Source: Vairimorpha necatrix (Eukaryota). From it: a stretch of DNA of 64,000 nt. Each line of letters opens with the position of its first letter. Within the stretch, counting starts at the first letter, position 1. Positions 1-11,027 of the stretch are shown here, piece by piece. Position numbers and translations under genes: made by a program. The DNA is taken from NCBI GenBank assembly GCA_036630325.1, contig CP142732.1, positions 496,001-560,000 of the forward strand. The letters run 5' to 3'. Under the pieces are notes generated by a model, which worked only from the letters and a program-made list of their open reading frames with translations, was not told the origin of the DNA and ran no database searches.

Positions 1-59
1 GCTTGAATAATATATTGTTTAAAAATTTTTTGGGTTAATGTCAAATGGATAAGACACAG

Positions 60-153
60 CGCAATCATTAAGACATGAAACCAAAGTCTCTCGTATACGC
101 AGATGTTTTGGATTATTATGTAAGGTTTCTCTCTATCTCTTATTTATATAAAA
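60..153 (+). mobile_element. Degenerate 3' remnant of the tRNA-headed SINE family
   Basis: GAAACCAAAGTC..TATACG and TATGTAAGGTTTCTCTCTATCTCTTA match the 3' end of the copy at 45518-46310. Confidence 0.65.
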
Positions 154-448
154 TATATCTGATTTGTTAAGGACGATCTATATATGACTTATAAGGAAGA
201 AAACTTCCAGTAGCAGTCGTGAGTTTGTCTATACCAATATTCTTGCTGTGCTTTATTCATCTACTCAGATTTTAAGATTTTTACTTTACATGTGTTAATC
301 TTCTTTAAAATAAGAAGAATATCAAATGCCTAGTTTGGCTTCTTATTTTAATTGTCTCTTGTCTTTTGCTGTGTTTACTACGGTTCTTCTTAAAACATAA
401 CACTTCATAAACTAGATCTGCTTTCTTTATGTTTTGAAATTTTTTATT

Positions 449-570
449 TATGCAAAATATAAATATTTATAATAAGTTTGTTTTTTATGCAAAATATAAA
501 TATTTATAATAAGTTTGTTTTTATGCAAAATATAAATATTTAAATAAGTTTGTTTTTTATGCAAAATTAA
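449..570. repeat. AT-rich ~37-38-bp tandem repeat (about 3 units) at the gypsy-1 insertion site
   Basis: TATGCAAAATATAAATATTTATAATAAGTTTGTTTTT is repeated. Confidence 0.85.
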
Positions 571-571
571 G

Positions 572-3500
572 TGTCAGGCTGCAGACCTGCACTGACGATA
601 CGGCTTCCAGTTAAACAATAATAATTGGACCTGTCAAACATCTCGAAGTAGTGTAAACAAACATTGAACATTTGACATGCACAAACTAAAAGTAGGAAAA
701 GTGCATGTCACATGAAGTACTACTACTTTAGTAGAACTTTGGTTTCTTGTTTGTTTGTTTACATCTCAAAGAGTTTGACAGTTAATCTAATTAACTATTT
801 AAACGGAATTTACCCCTAACCCACAATTCCGATGAGCAACAAAAAAGATAACAACTCAAATAAATATGTTAACTTAGACTCACCCTCTTCTACTTCGGAT
901 CAGGCTACATGCCGGATCACAAATGGCGACAACGAAGAGATTTGTAAAGAAGAAAATATGGATTCAATACTCTTAAAATTAAAAAATTTAATGTCAATGG
1001 AAAAGTGGATAACTTTTCAAGGACTAAAAACTGAAGATCCAAAGACATTTTTAGGGCAATTCTTAGAATATGAGAAGCAATGGCCTCAGAGCACCCTATA
1101 TGCAAAAGCGACTTCAATGCTTAAGGGAAAAGCCGAACTATGGTTTAGAGCGAACGAAGAATCGATGCTCACATATAAGCAATTTGTTGAAAATTTTAAA
1201 CGTAATTTTATTAAAAGAGAATCAGAAATAGATAAAACTGAAAAATTCTGGGACCTAATCAGGGAAGGCCCAATTCATCCAGATATGCTGTCATACAGTT
1301 ACAGCCTACATATATACGCTGGACAATCAGAATCCTTATTTAAAAGAAGTAAAGAGAAACTCAGAGATTTATTAGATGACGAATACCTTCGCGATGGTAT
1401 AGAAAGATGTCATGATTGGAACGAGTTAGAGGAATACATAAAGTTAAAAGAAGAAAGATTAAACAAAAAAATTCGAATCTTCTATAAAAAACAATATAAA
1501 AATAAAAACGAATATAAAAATAAAAATGAATATAAAAATAAAAATGAATATAAAAGTAGTGAAAGAAAAATAGACTACAGGGGTAACGAGACAAGAGTCA
1601 GCCCCGATTCAAAGCCTTATAAAAAAGAATTATTTAAAAAGAATGAGCAAAAGAAAGCTCTAATTATCTCGGCAAAACTACTAAAAGTAAATGATCGAAG
1701 ACCAAGAGTAAAATTAAATTTTGAAGATCAAGTTATAGTAGCATTATTGGACTCCGGGGCTAACGTATCAGTTATACGTAGAAAAGAAGCGGAAGAGCTG
1801 AGTGATGAAATTCTAAAGGAAAAAGGAGAAATAAAAGGTTTTAATGGAACAAGCAGAGTGATAGGCTCATGTAAACTTAAAATAAAACCAAATAATCGCT
1901 CAGGAGCGGAAACAATTACCTTATTAGTGGTGAATGATATGGAGGAAGCAATAATTCTTGGAATAGAAGAAATTGAAAAATTAAATATGATAGACTATAT
2001 TCCAATAAATCAAAAGAAAGTCGGTAAAAAAAGATCAATACCTAAGAAAAAAAGGATTGTATTAAACGCGGAAGTTACTACAAAGAAGGAAGATAGTAAC
2101 CCGGATTTGAATGAATTAATTAAGAACATCAAATGTGAAAACACACTGTTAAGAAAGAAGTATACACACACTCTTGAAAAATATACTAAACTATTCTCTG
2201 ATGATAATTCTTTAAATAATATCGAGATCGAACACGCGATCGAATTAGTAAATGGAGCTACTATGTCTCCATGCCCAAAGTATAAAAGATCCCCAGAAGA
2301 ACATAAGATCATCCGAGAGGAAGTAAAAAAATTCATTGAAAAGGGTATAATCGAGGAGAGTGAAAGCCAGTATATATCACCAGTGGTACTAATAAAAAAA
2401 AAGGATGGAGGTATTAGGTTTTGTATAGACTTCCGACGATTGAATAAAATAACAATACCATATGAATATCCGATACCAAGGATTGATGAAACCCTGGATC
2501 AACTACAAGGGGCTAAAATATTCAGCACAATGGACGTTGAATCGGCTTATAACCAGATATCTGTAAGGCAAGAAGATAGATTTAAGACTGCTTTCTACAC
2601 ACGAGAAGGAATCTATCAATGGAGAAAAATGCCTTTCGGGTTAATTAATGCACCCTTTACATTTCAAAAGATCATGAATAAATACTTTGCGAAATATATG
2701 CACAAATTTGTAACAATATACTTAGATGATATTTTAGTATATTCAAACGATCATGATAGCCATCTACAACATTTAGAGACTATTCTGAGTATAATTAAGA
2801 AGGTAGGGCTGAAACTAAACAAGAAAAAATGTCAATTTGTACAGGAAAGTGTGGAATTTCTTGGATTTAGTGTGTGCAACGGAGAGATTTCAATACCATT
2901 GCAGCAAAAGATGCGTTCAATCAATTGGCCCGAACCGAAGACAAAAAGAGATGTCAGGGCTTTTAATGGATATTCTTCATTTTTTAGCAAGTTTATTAAT
3001 AATTACGCAGATAAAATGAATCCATTATACGATACGATTAAGGGAGCTAAAAATTCAAAACTGAAAATGACAGAAGAAGCTTTGCAAGCATTTAATAATA
3101 TGAAAAAAGAAATCGCCAATGCATCTGGCTTGAAACTACCAGATTTTAGAAAGAAATTTTACTTATATACAGATGCATCGAATTTGGCATTGGGAGCAGT
3201 ATTACAACAAGAAGATGAACATGGAGAATTGAGACCCATTATATGCATCTCAAGAACTTTGAGCCCAGCGGAAATTAACTACACGGTAACAGAAAAGGAG
3301 TGCCTAGGTGTAGTATGGGGAGTTAAAAAACTACGAGTTTATCTAACACAACAGTTTATAATAAGGACGGATCATCAAGCATTAAAATGGCTACTAAATT
3401 TAAAAGAGGCTACAGGTAGACTAATGAGATGGATATTGACCTTACAAGAGTATAAGTATATAATTGAATACATACCTGAAGAAATACGTGCAAAAGAAAT

Positions 3501-4107
3501 AACAAAGGTTAAAAAAGGTAGAAGCCCTGACGATAGTGAAGAAAATGATTACGTAAGAAGGAAAAAATTGTTAACTGAAAAAGAGAATAAGTTAGATGCA
3601 AACTTTGACGGAATCTATAAAGTCATAAAAAAAGGGAAGAATGGAAACTATGAAATTGAAGGTTTAAATGGAATGCGATACTCAGTGAATCGAAAAGACT
3701 TAATGAAAATTGAAGAGTCAGATCCAATAGATTGGATTCTTTCGAAGGAGGGGAGAGTGTCAGGCTGCAGACCTGCACTGACGATACGGCTTCCAGTTAA
3801 ACAATAATAATTGGACCTGTCAAACATCTCGAAGTAGTGTAAACAAACATTGAACATTTGACATGCACAAACTAAAAGTAGGAAAAGTGCATGTCACATG
3901 AAGTACTACTACTTTAGTAGAACTTTGGTTTCTTGTTTGTTTGTTTACATCTCAAAGAGTTTGACAGTTAATCTAATTAACTATTTAAACGGAATTTACC
4001 CCTAACCCACAATTCCGATGAGCAACAAAAAAGATAACAACTCAAATAAATATGTTAACTTAGACTCACCCTCTTCTACTTCGGATCAGGCTACATGCCG
4101 GATCACA
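572..4107 (+). mobile_element. Ty3/gypsy LTR retrotransposon 1 (recent; integrase core deleted)
   Basis: 350-bp LTRs 572-921 and 3758-4107, identical by eye, TG..CA ends; TSD TTAAG (567-571, 4108-4112); PBS TGGCGACAAC at 924; PPT GAAGGAGGGGAGAG 3744-3757. Confidence 0.97.
832..3807 (+). CDS. Gag-Pol polyprotein (gag, aspartic protease, RT, truncated RNase H, integrase C-terminal remnant)
   Basis: LLDSGA protease, YLDD RT, YTDAS RNase H; no HHCC or DDE integrase; ORF starts in the 5' LTR and ends in the 3' LTR. Confidence 0.93.
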   Translation: MSNKKDNNSNKYVNLDSPSSTSDQATCRITNGDNEEICKEENMDSILLKLKNLMSMEKWITFQGLKTEDPKTFLGQFLEYEKQWPQSTLYAKATSMLKGKAELWFRANEESMLTYKQFVENFKRNFIKRESEIDKTEKFWDLIREGPIHPDMLSYSYSLHIYAGQSESLFKRSKEKLRDLLDDEYLRDGIERCHDWNELEEYIKLKEERLNKKIRIFYKKQYKNKNEYKNKNEYKNKNEYKSSERKIDYRGNETRVSPDSKPYKKELFKKNEQKKALIISAKLLKVNDRRPRVKLNFEDQVIVALLDSGANVSVIRRKEAEELSDEILKEKGEIKGFNGTSRVIGSCKLKIKPNNRSGAETITLLVVNDMEEAIILGIEEIEKLNMIDYIPINQKKVGKKRSIPKKKRIVLNAEVTTKKEDSNPDLNELIKNIKCENTLLRKKYTHTLEKYTKLFSDDNSLNNIEIEHAIELVNGATMSPCPKYKRSPEEHKIIREEVKKFIEKGIIEESESQYISPVVLIKKKDGGIRFCIDFRRLNKITIPYEYPIPRIDETLDQLQGAKIFSTMDVESAYNQISVRQEDRFKTAFYTREGIYQWRKMPFGLINAPFTFQKIMNKYFAKYMHKFVTIYLDDILVYSNDHDSHLQHLETILSIIKKVGLKLNKKKCQFVQESVEFLGFSVCNGEISIPLQQKMRSINWPEPKTKRDVRAFNGYSSFFSKFINNYADKMNPLYDTIKGAKNSKLKMTEEALQAFNNMKKEIANASGLKLPDFRKKFYLYTDASNLALGAVLQQEDEHGELRPIICISRTLSPAEINYTVTEKECLGVVWGVKKLRVYLTQQFIIRTDHQALKWLLNLKEATGRLMRWILTLQEYKYIIEYIPEEIRAKEITKVKKGRSPDDSEENDYVRRKKLLTEKENKLDANFDGIYKVIKKGKNGNYEIEGLNGMRYSVNRKDLMKIEESDPIDWILSKEGRVSGCRPALTIRLPVKQ

Positions 4108-4196
4108 TTAAGTTTATTATAAATTTAAATTGAGTTTGTTTATAAATTTAAATTGAGTTTGTTTATAAATTTCTAAATATTTATTAACTTGTTAAG

Positions 4197-6332
4197 TTAT
4201 AAATATGTCACTGTGTTCTCTTCCGTACTCTTAAATATCTTACACTTATTTATCTTTTTATTCAATACATCTTTAATACACCCTTCTTTACACATATTCT
4301 CCAATACTATACACTCATTAATATTCAGTTTATTAATAAATACTTCTAGACAAGGTATCTCATTTTCCCCTACTAAATATTTCAAATTATTAAATATTAG
4401 TCTTTGTTCTGTATCTTTAAATTTCATATTTATAATTTTAGATATCTTCAAAATTACAGGGAAATCTTTATAATCAAAAATACTCAGAAATTTGAAGAAA
4501 GATTTGACCAAATTCGACTTGTTTTTAGAGACAGAAAAAAGATTAAGAAAATCTTCCTCGTTTTTTATATATTTGTAGATTAAATATATTTGATCTTCTA
4601 AGATTTTCTCTTCATTGAATTTGTATAAGAAATCTAATAAATCTGAATCATCTAAATTTATTTTGTCTAGTAAATCGAGGTATAAAATTTTCAGGCCTGT
4701 TTTTTTATCAAGACAAGTGCTTTCTTCTAGTGAATTTATAGTGTCAGATATTTGACTATGAAGATACAGAAGAATATTACAAAGATCTTTCTTGTTAAAA
4801 ATGTCGTATTTCTTATTATTAAATCTTAAGATTTTCTCATAATCTTCATTTATAATATTCCACAGATTTTTATAAATTTGTGTCTCTAAAAAATCTTCAT
4901 CTGTGACGTGTTCTTTAATATCAAAATATTTAATAATAATATTTTTAAAGTACTTTTTATCATCTATAATATTATTAGATCTATCAATTAGATTATTGTA
5001 TATCAGTTTATGAATGTAATTCTCTATTATTGATTTATAATCTTCTTCTATCTTTTTAAAAAATTCACATATCTTTTCAAATATCTTCTCAGAATCTTTA
5101 CTTTTCTCAAGTACTAAAATAATCTCATCTATAAACTTAATAAATATTTCTGTATTATCAATTTCACTATAAATTAATAAACCCATAATAGATTTGAGAC
5201 TATTTATATTATTTTTATAAAAATAATATAAATCTGTCAATTTAAAAGATTTCTTCTGTTTCTCAATAATCTTAAAATAACAATTAATTTCACAATCACA
5301 TTCAAAATATTCAACATCTAAAATATCAAAATAATCAGAACAAAATTCTATAAATTTGTGTATAGTCTCAAATTTGTTAATTTTTAATAAATTAATAAAC
5401 AAATCTTTAAGAAACTTATTCAAATCCTTATTTTCTAATTTATCAGTACCAGAATTACATTTCAAAATGTCAAATATAACTTCAGGTCTAATTTTATCTT
5501 CTTTTATAAATTCACATATCAATTTTATAGTTTCTATTCTTATATTCTTGTTTCTATCAAATTTTGATAAATTAATTAAACATTCTTCATTAATAAAAAG
5601 TCTTTTATGACGCATAGAAGAAATTATAGATTTTCTGACTATGTCTTGTTTATCATTAAGTGCTTTAATTAATAAAGACTTGTGTTTATTAAACATCTTA
5701 ATATTTAAACTTATAAAATCTACTAAAAATTCATATGAATGAGATCTGATAATTGGATCAATGTCTTTGTATCTTTTAAGAAAGACATTTTTAAATAAAT
5801 CATTTATCTTATTTGTGTCATTGTCTTTATATCTGGAAATTATAAATTTGTAAACAAATCTTGTGGAAATTTGTCTAAAAAGTCTGTTTTTGTTGAGTGT
5901 CAAATTTGAAATTTCTGAGATATCAAAATTTGACAGTTTTAAGAAATATTTGATTAATTTGTCAGTTTTAGAAATGGAGATGTTTTTTATAAGGGAAATA
6001 AGAAATGAAGTGGAATCTTCTAAGGAGGCAATTTTAGCGAGAAATAATTTGGGGCTTGAATTATTAAAAAAGTCCAAGTCTTTTTCTTCTTGATTTGAAT
6101 TTTGATTTAAATTTTGATCATTTTGAATTAAACTTTGATCATTTTGATTATCTTGAATTAAATTTTGATCATTTTGATTATCTTGATCTAAATTGTTTTC
6201 GTGTTTATTATTATCGTCTTCATGTATATTTGATGTTTCTTCATTAAATTTTATATTTCCATGTGATGCTTCTTCTAATAATTTAGAATTTTTCTTTAAA
6301 TTTTCTTTCTCTTTTTTTCTTATTTTTCTCAT
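4197..6332 (-). CDS. Cohesin subunit Scc3/STAG-like HEAT protein (likely start 6332; open frame extends to 6371)
   Basis: FLKRYKDIDPIIRS matches the stromalin conserved domain motif, followed by a HEAT-like region; CCC immediately precedes ATG 6332. Confidence 0.75.
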   Translation of the reverse strand: MRKIRKKEKENLKKNSKLLEEASHGNIKFNEETSNIHEDDNNKHENNLDQDNQNDQNLIQDNQNDQSLIQNDQNLNQNSNQEEKDLDFFNNSSPKLFLAKIASLEDSTSFLISLIKNISISKTDKLIKYFLKLSNFDISEISNLTLNKNRLFRQISTRFVYKFIISRYKDNDTNKINDLFKNVFLKRYKDIDPIIRSHSYEFLVDFISLNIKMFNKHKSLLIKALNDKQDIVRKSIISSMRHKRLFINEECLINLSKFDRNKNIRIETIKLICEFIKEDKIRPEVIFDILKCNSGTDKLENKDLNKFLKDLFINLLKINKFETIHKFIEFCSDYFDILDVEYFECDCEINCYFKIIEKQKKSFKLTDLYYFYKNNINSLKSIMGLLIYSEIDNTEIFIKFIDEIILVLEKSKDSEKIFEKICEFFKKIEEDYKSIIENYIHKLIYNNLIDRSNNIIDDKKYFKNIIIKYFDIKEHVTDEDFLETQIYKNLWNIINEDYEKILRFNNKKYDIFNKKDLCNILLYLHSQISDTINSLEESTCLDKKTGLKILYLDLLDKINLDDSDLLDFLYKFNEEKILEDQIYLIYKYIKNEEDFLNLFSVSKNKSNLVKSFFKFLSIFDYKDFPVILKISKIINMKFKDTEQRLIFNNLKYLVGENEIPCLEVFINKLNINECIVLENMCKEGCIKDVLNKKINKCKIFKSTEENTVTYL

Positions 6333-6749
6333 GGGCATAAAAAAGCAGGAATTTTTATAGATTTTTTGCATAAACTTTGAATAAAGAAAACCTTGTATAT
6401 TTTAAGAAAAGTTACAATAAAATTAAAGTGTAATTTTTATTTACTAAGAATAATCTAGATTATTAAATTATTTTCTTTATAAATTTCTTATTTAAAATGT
6501 AAAACTAGAAGAGATTAATATGGTGTATAAACTTATGTGTTTACTTTTATAAATATGAGTTATGTCATTTAAAGAACTAATTTTATTACGAGAAAAACAA
6601 TCTTGGACCCAAAATCTAACTTTTGTTGAACTTGCACATAATTATTATTTTACCCTTTTCAGAAAAATACTCAAAAATTGAACCGCCTACCAGGTTTAAG
6701 TAGAGTGATCTTTAAGTAACTTGGTTTTGAAATGCTACAAATTTAAAAG

Positions 6750-6907
6750 CTTTAGTAGTTCATGATTTTTGAATTTTAAAATTTTTGACAGTTAATATAA
6801 TTAACTATTTCATAGGCCAAGTACCCCTAGACAAAAAACATACGAGGATATAGAATAATAAACACAGAATTGAATACGTCATAGATTTATTAAATGGTGC
6901 CCCAATG
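6750..6907 (+). mobile_element. Eroded remnant related to gypsy-1 (LTR piece fused to a pre-RT piece)
   Basis: TTTGACAGTTAATATAATTAACTATTT..TACCCCTA resembles LTR 774-818; GAATTGAATACGTCATAGATTTATTAAATGGTGC resembles 2225-2260. Confidence 0.6.
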
Positions 6908-6970
6908 ATCAAATAAGCAAATAATATTTTCCTTAAAGTACGGCGATATACAAAATAATTTGGTCATTGA

Positions 6971-7385
6971 TTGCCATAAGAAGTAGGCAACTCTTAAATA
7001 TGGATAAAGGGATTCAGTAACATGTTCATTAATATATACGTGAGGCACTTACTTGTTAACTTCCATTTAAACATTTTGCCCATGCAAAATGTTTATTTCA
7101 TATTGATTCCGACTCCTCTAAAAAGGTGGTTTGTGTCGCGTCCGGATAGATTTTCTGCAATATTATTATGGAATCAATTTGAAATTCCTGAGAAGAACAT
7201 TATCGTGCTAAGTCAAAAATTTTTACAGTCGCTTTAATCTCGCAGATGTCTGCTTACATGATCACATCATCGATCCTGCATTACACATAGCGAGTTTACC
7301 TTATTTTGCTATATTGTTATCCAACGCACAGAATAAATAAATAAGGTAGGGACCAGCGCCCCTGTTCTGCTTGTCTAGTCCATTT
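6971..7385 (-). mobile_element. Old SINE copy (3' half), back-to-back with the next copy
   Basis: Collinear matches to the reverse complement of 45518-46310, e.g. TAAGAAGTAGG, TCGCGTCC, GAACATTATCGTGCTAAGTCAA, CTTGTCTAGTC. Confidence 0.65.
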
Positions 7386-7571
7386 TATGTTACTTGAAAA
7401 TTTCAAAGTGATTAAAGTTCTTGTATCTGCAATAAAGAAAATTACGCACACTGAAAGGTACCGAACCTACATTATTTTAGTCATAAATGATATTTTGCAA
7501 CTACAAGTAAATTCCTTGTATCTGAATGCATACAGATTTTATTGTTCTATAACAAATACGTGAATACTTTT

Positions 7572-8341
7572 GGTCTCCTTTAGCTTAGTGGTCGAAGGCG
7601 ACGCTTCCAATGAGCAATGGCTAGTATAAATTTCAGAGACACCAAAATTGTTGATACTTTTCAAGATGCTGTTGGAACACCTCATATGATATAAATGTCC
7701 ACGATAATCATCAAATTGATTCAATGAAACTTGGGTGCGCCAATTTATAAGAGGATTAACATCTAGTGTAGAAACACATCGTAAGGCTAGAAACAGGTAT
7801 CCTTTGTGGAAACTTAATGATACATAAATGTACCTGTTTGTAACTAATTGGAGATTGTGTAATTTAGGTAGGATCCTAAAGCCAACTAAAAGACTAGACG
7901 AAGTAGAGCAAATGAAGTTCTGTGGACCCTATCTTACAAGTTTTGTAACACGGTAGTCAAAACTAGCTGGGACTAGAGGTAAATGCTGTCCAATAAAAAT
8001 ATCGAGCGGTGATATGGTGGTGTAATAAGCTGTTTGTGCGACACAGGAAATCTCAGGGACCTTTAAGTTAGTACAATAATTTATTTTTTCTGTGTATAGA
8101 AAATTATAACCGTTAAGTATATCCGCTCTGAGGTCACTCTGGGTTTGATTTATGATTTCTTTGATGACAGATTCTACTGGTGCCAAGTTCATGCATATTG
8201 CGGAGCTTGCTGCATCGGTAAGTTTGAATAGAGGAAGTGTTATAAGGTAAGATTAACCAATACCAGCTGGATAAAAATCTCGGCCGTTTTCCTTTGGTCC
8301 TTATAAAAGGGGTCGTTCCCTCTTACATATGAAGGAAAAAA
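7572..8341 (+). mobile_element. Full-length tRNA-headed SINE copy
   Basis: A-box TAGCTTAGTGG, collinear body, A-rich tail; flanking direct repeat ACGTGAATA (7558-7566, 8344-8352). Confidence 0.85.
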
Positions 8342-8360
8342 CAACGTGAATATATTTTAT

Positions 8361-9015
8361 GGTACATTATCGTTTGGAACCCGCTTTGGGAAAATGAACC
8401 CGCATTGAAAAAATTCAAAAAAGGGATAAATAAAAAAAATTTAAAAAAAAGGGACTTGATATTTATTTTAAATAATGACAGAAGACAATTTATTTGGTGA
8501 TTTTTGAGAATTTGGAAAGCCCCGTGGAACTGTAAAAGGTACTCATAGTGTTCCTTTTTGTTTATATCTAGATCGAATATCTCTTATAGAAATGAGCCAA
8601 CCCCACCTAAATTATATGGCATTGTGACTCAGAATCGAAAGAGGTTGCAGCATTTATAAATTGATTATTAGTACTGTGCTTCATTCCTCTGCTTAGCTAA
8701 TGTGGCATCATATGCTACCCATTGATTGGAGATCATAATAGAAACAGGTTATACGTTTTCTTGTATTACATTACCTCAAGGGAAAAGCAGCATTTCTAGT
8801 AGTTACAGAAACGAGCAAGGCACACGCCGATTCAGCATCAAATGTTTCCAAAATAAACTTTTCTTTGTATTCCATGTATAAATACATTTCATCACTAAAA
8901 ACCTGATCTACCTCAAAAAACATTGTTTTTGCCAATTTTGCCATTTTTTTATAGGGGGTCCTTTAAAATTTCAAAACGGGTTTATCCCAAAGCGGGTTCC
9001 AAACGGTCATGTACC
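8361..9015 (-). mobile_element. Non-autonomous Merlin-like DNA transposon
   Basis: ~30-40-bp TIRs GGTACAT(T/G)A(T/C)CGTTTGGAACCCGCTTTGGGA; 8-bp TSD TATTTTAT/CATTTTAT; decayed minus-strand ORF start at 8944 preceded by CCC. Confidence 0.8.
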
Positions 9016-10229
9016 CATTTTATTACTAGAGGAAGTTCAACACATCTAAGTATTTGAATATAATGACCGATTAGGTCTTATACATAACTAAAATTGTTAT
9101 AACTAAGTTACATGGAATTTATATGTCCTAATTAATTCATACATGGGTCATCTAATTACAAATATTTTATTGCAGTTCCTAAATTAGCAAATATTCAACC
9201 TGAAGAATGTGTTACATATTAGTGTCTACTCAAATTAAATGTCTTCTTGTGCCATATTTTTGGCAAAATATGCTTTATAAATCAACGTCATTTCTTTTGT
9301 GTTGATGTTTACACAGTAAATAAATCAATTTAACAATTCCCTTAACAGAGCCTCTTTATAACTACTGAACGCTCTAATGTATCAAAAACAATAGGGAGGC
9401 AGTTAAAAATTGCCAGATTTTTTGTTTAAATATATTGCTTTCGACCCCAAAGCGCTTCGTTTTCAACATATTTAGTTTTCAGATGTGCGTTTTTAATCTA
9501 TCATTACACATGAAAACAATCCATATGCACATTCATACTCTAAATACAAATAAACTACCATCGAGAAATCAATCGATTTTTCATTTTAAATTCACAATAT
9601 ATATATTTATCAGTAAACATTAATTTTTTTTATTTAAAGACTGGTAATCTAAAAAGATACGTAGTCTTTGTTTATTTTATACCCCGAAACTCCTTAAAGA
9701 AAAAACTTAACAAATGTTTGTGCGTCATTATCAAAAATTTAATTGTAATTTTTTTATTTTACCTGAAAAAAATTACAATAAAATTATATCTATAATTTAT
9801 AAATAGAAATTCTCAGTAAAATTTAACGATATAAACTCATTGCAAAATTGGCAGTGCTTTTCACAAGTTAATAAATCTTTTACTTATTAATTTTTTTGCC
9901 TCCATGTACATTGTAAATTAGTTAACTCACTTTTCAATCATAATTTCGCAAAAAAAAAAATCAGATTTTTTACAAGCTTTGTATATTTCTAAAAACATTG
10001 ATTCGTTGTTTATAGTAGCATTATTAGGATTTTATTTCAATCAAAAAATGATTCATATTCCTCAAATCATCGTCATAAATTTTCTACCATATAATATTCC
10101 TAAAACTTATTTTTCACACAATTTACTTAAATTACGATTTTTGCGCAAAGAAAAGATGAGACTTTCGTCGTATGATACTTTTTATCAAAATCAGTTTTAC
10201 TATTTTAGTAATCTTACATATTATTAAAC

Positions 10230-10233
<4 letters not shown>

Positions 10234-10263
<30 letters not shown>
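10234..10263. repeat. (TA)n microsatellite
   Basis: Run of about 15 TA units. Confidence 0.95.
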
Positions 10264-10269
<6 letters not shown>

Positions 10270-10607
10270 CAACAAACTAAATTTTAAGGGATATTTCATT
10301 TGTCTTATAAAATAAATATAATATTTTTATTCGTTTATTAGTTTTCCCACAAAAATTTTCTATTGAATATGCTTTAATAAGTGTTTGACAAAATGTGTAA
10401 AGTTTTTAAAATAGATTATAAACATAAAAAAATTTCTTTTTTTATTTATGGCCAACTTTAATTTTTTTTGCAAAAAATTTTTATAAATGTGTTGTTATTG
10501 ATTGATCAATTTTTTTAGATTGCATTAAAACATACAAAAAAAATATATAAAAAGCATTCATTTGTTTTATTTCAAAAAAATTTCTTTATATATTGTAAAT
10601 TAAAAAT

Positions 10608-11027
10608 TTAATAGACAAGTATTTCACTTATATCTTCATATTCCGAATAGTAAATGTCTTTCAACTTTTTTCCAATAGCGTACTTTTTCATTATTTTCGA
10701 CCATTTTCTGCATTTTATAATATTTTGACCAATATCAAATAAAAATGAACCATCATTATCGATTACTATTCTTTGAATTTTTTTTATTTTCATATCTTCG
10801 ATCATATCATGAATTTCAGCAATTTTTTTTTGTTGCATGTTTACTTTATGAATTTTGTATTGTGAAACGAAACTATTCAACGCATTTTCCTTGTAATTGG
10901 TATTGTATGATTTTGTTTCTAAATTATGAAGTTTATTTAAATTATATTTGTAAATATTTTCCAATTCTTTTAATGAAAAGTATCCTCTACTAAATATTAG
11001 AGATATAAACAAATTGCCGATCACCAT
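10608..11027 (-). CDS. Hypothetical small secreted protein (likely start MVIGNLFISLIFS at 11027)
   Basis: CCCCT directly before ATG 11027; hydrophobic N-terminus; in frame with ORF 10608..11144. Confidence 0.6.
   Translation of the reverse strand: MVIGNLFISLIFSRGYFSLKELENIYKYNLNKLHNLETKSYNTNYKENALNSFVSQYKIHKVNMQQKKIAEIHDMIEDMKIKKIQRIVIDNDGSFLFDIGQNIIKCRKWSKIMKKYAIGKKLKDIYYSEYEDISEILVY

Noticed and set aside
165-402. Possible solo LTR (TGTTA..TAACA)
   Set aside because: No target-site duplication and no second copy in the window.
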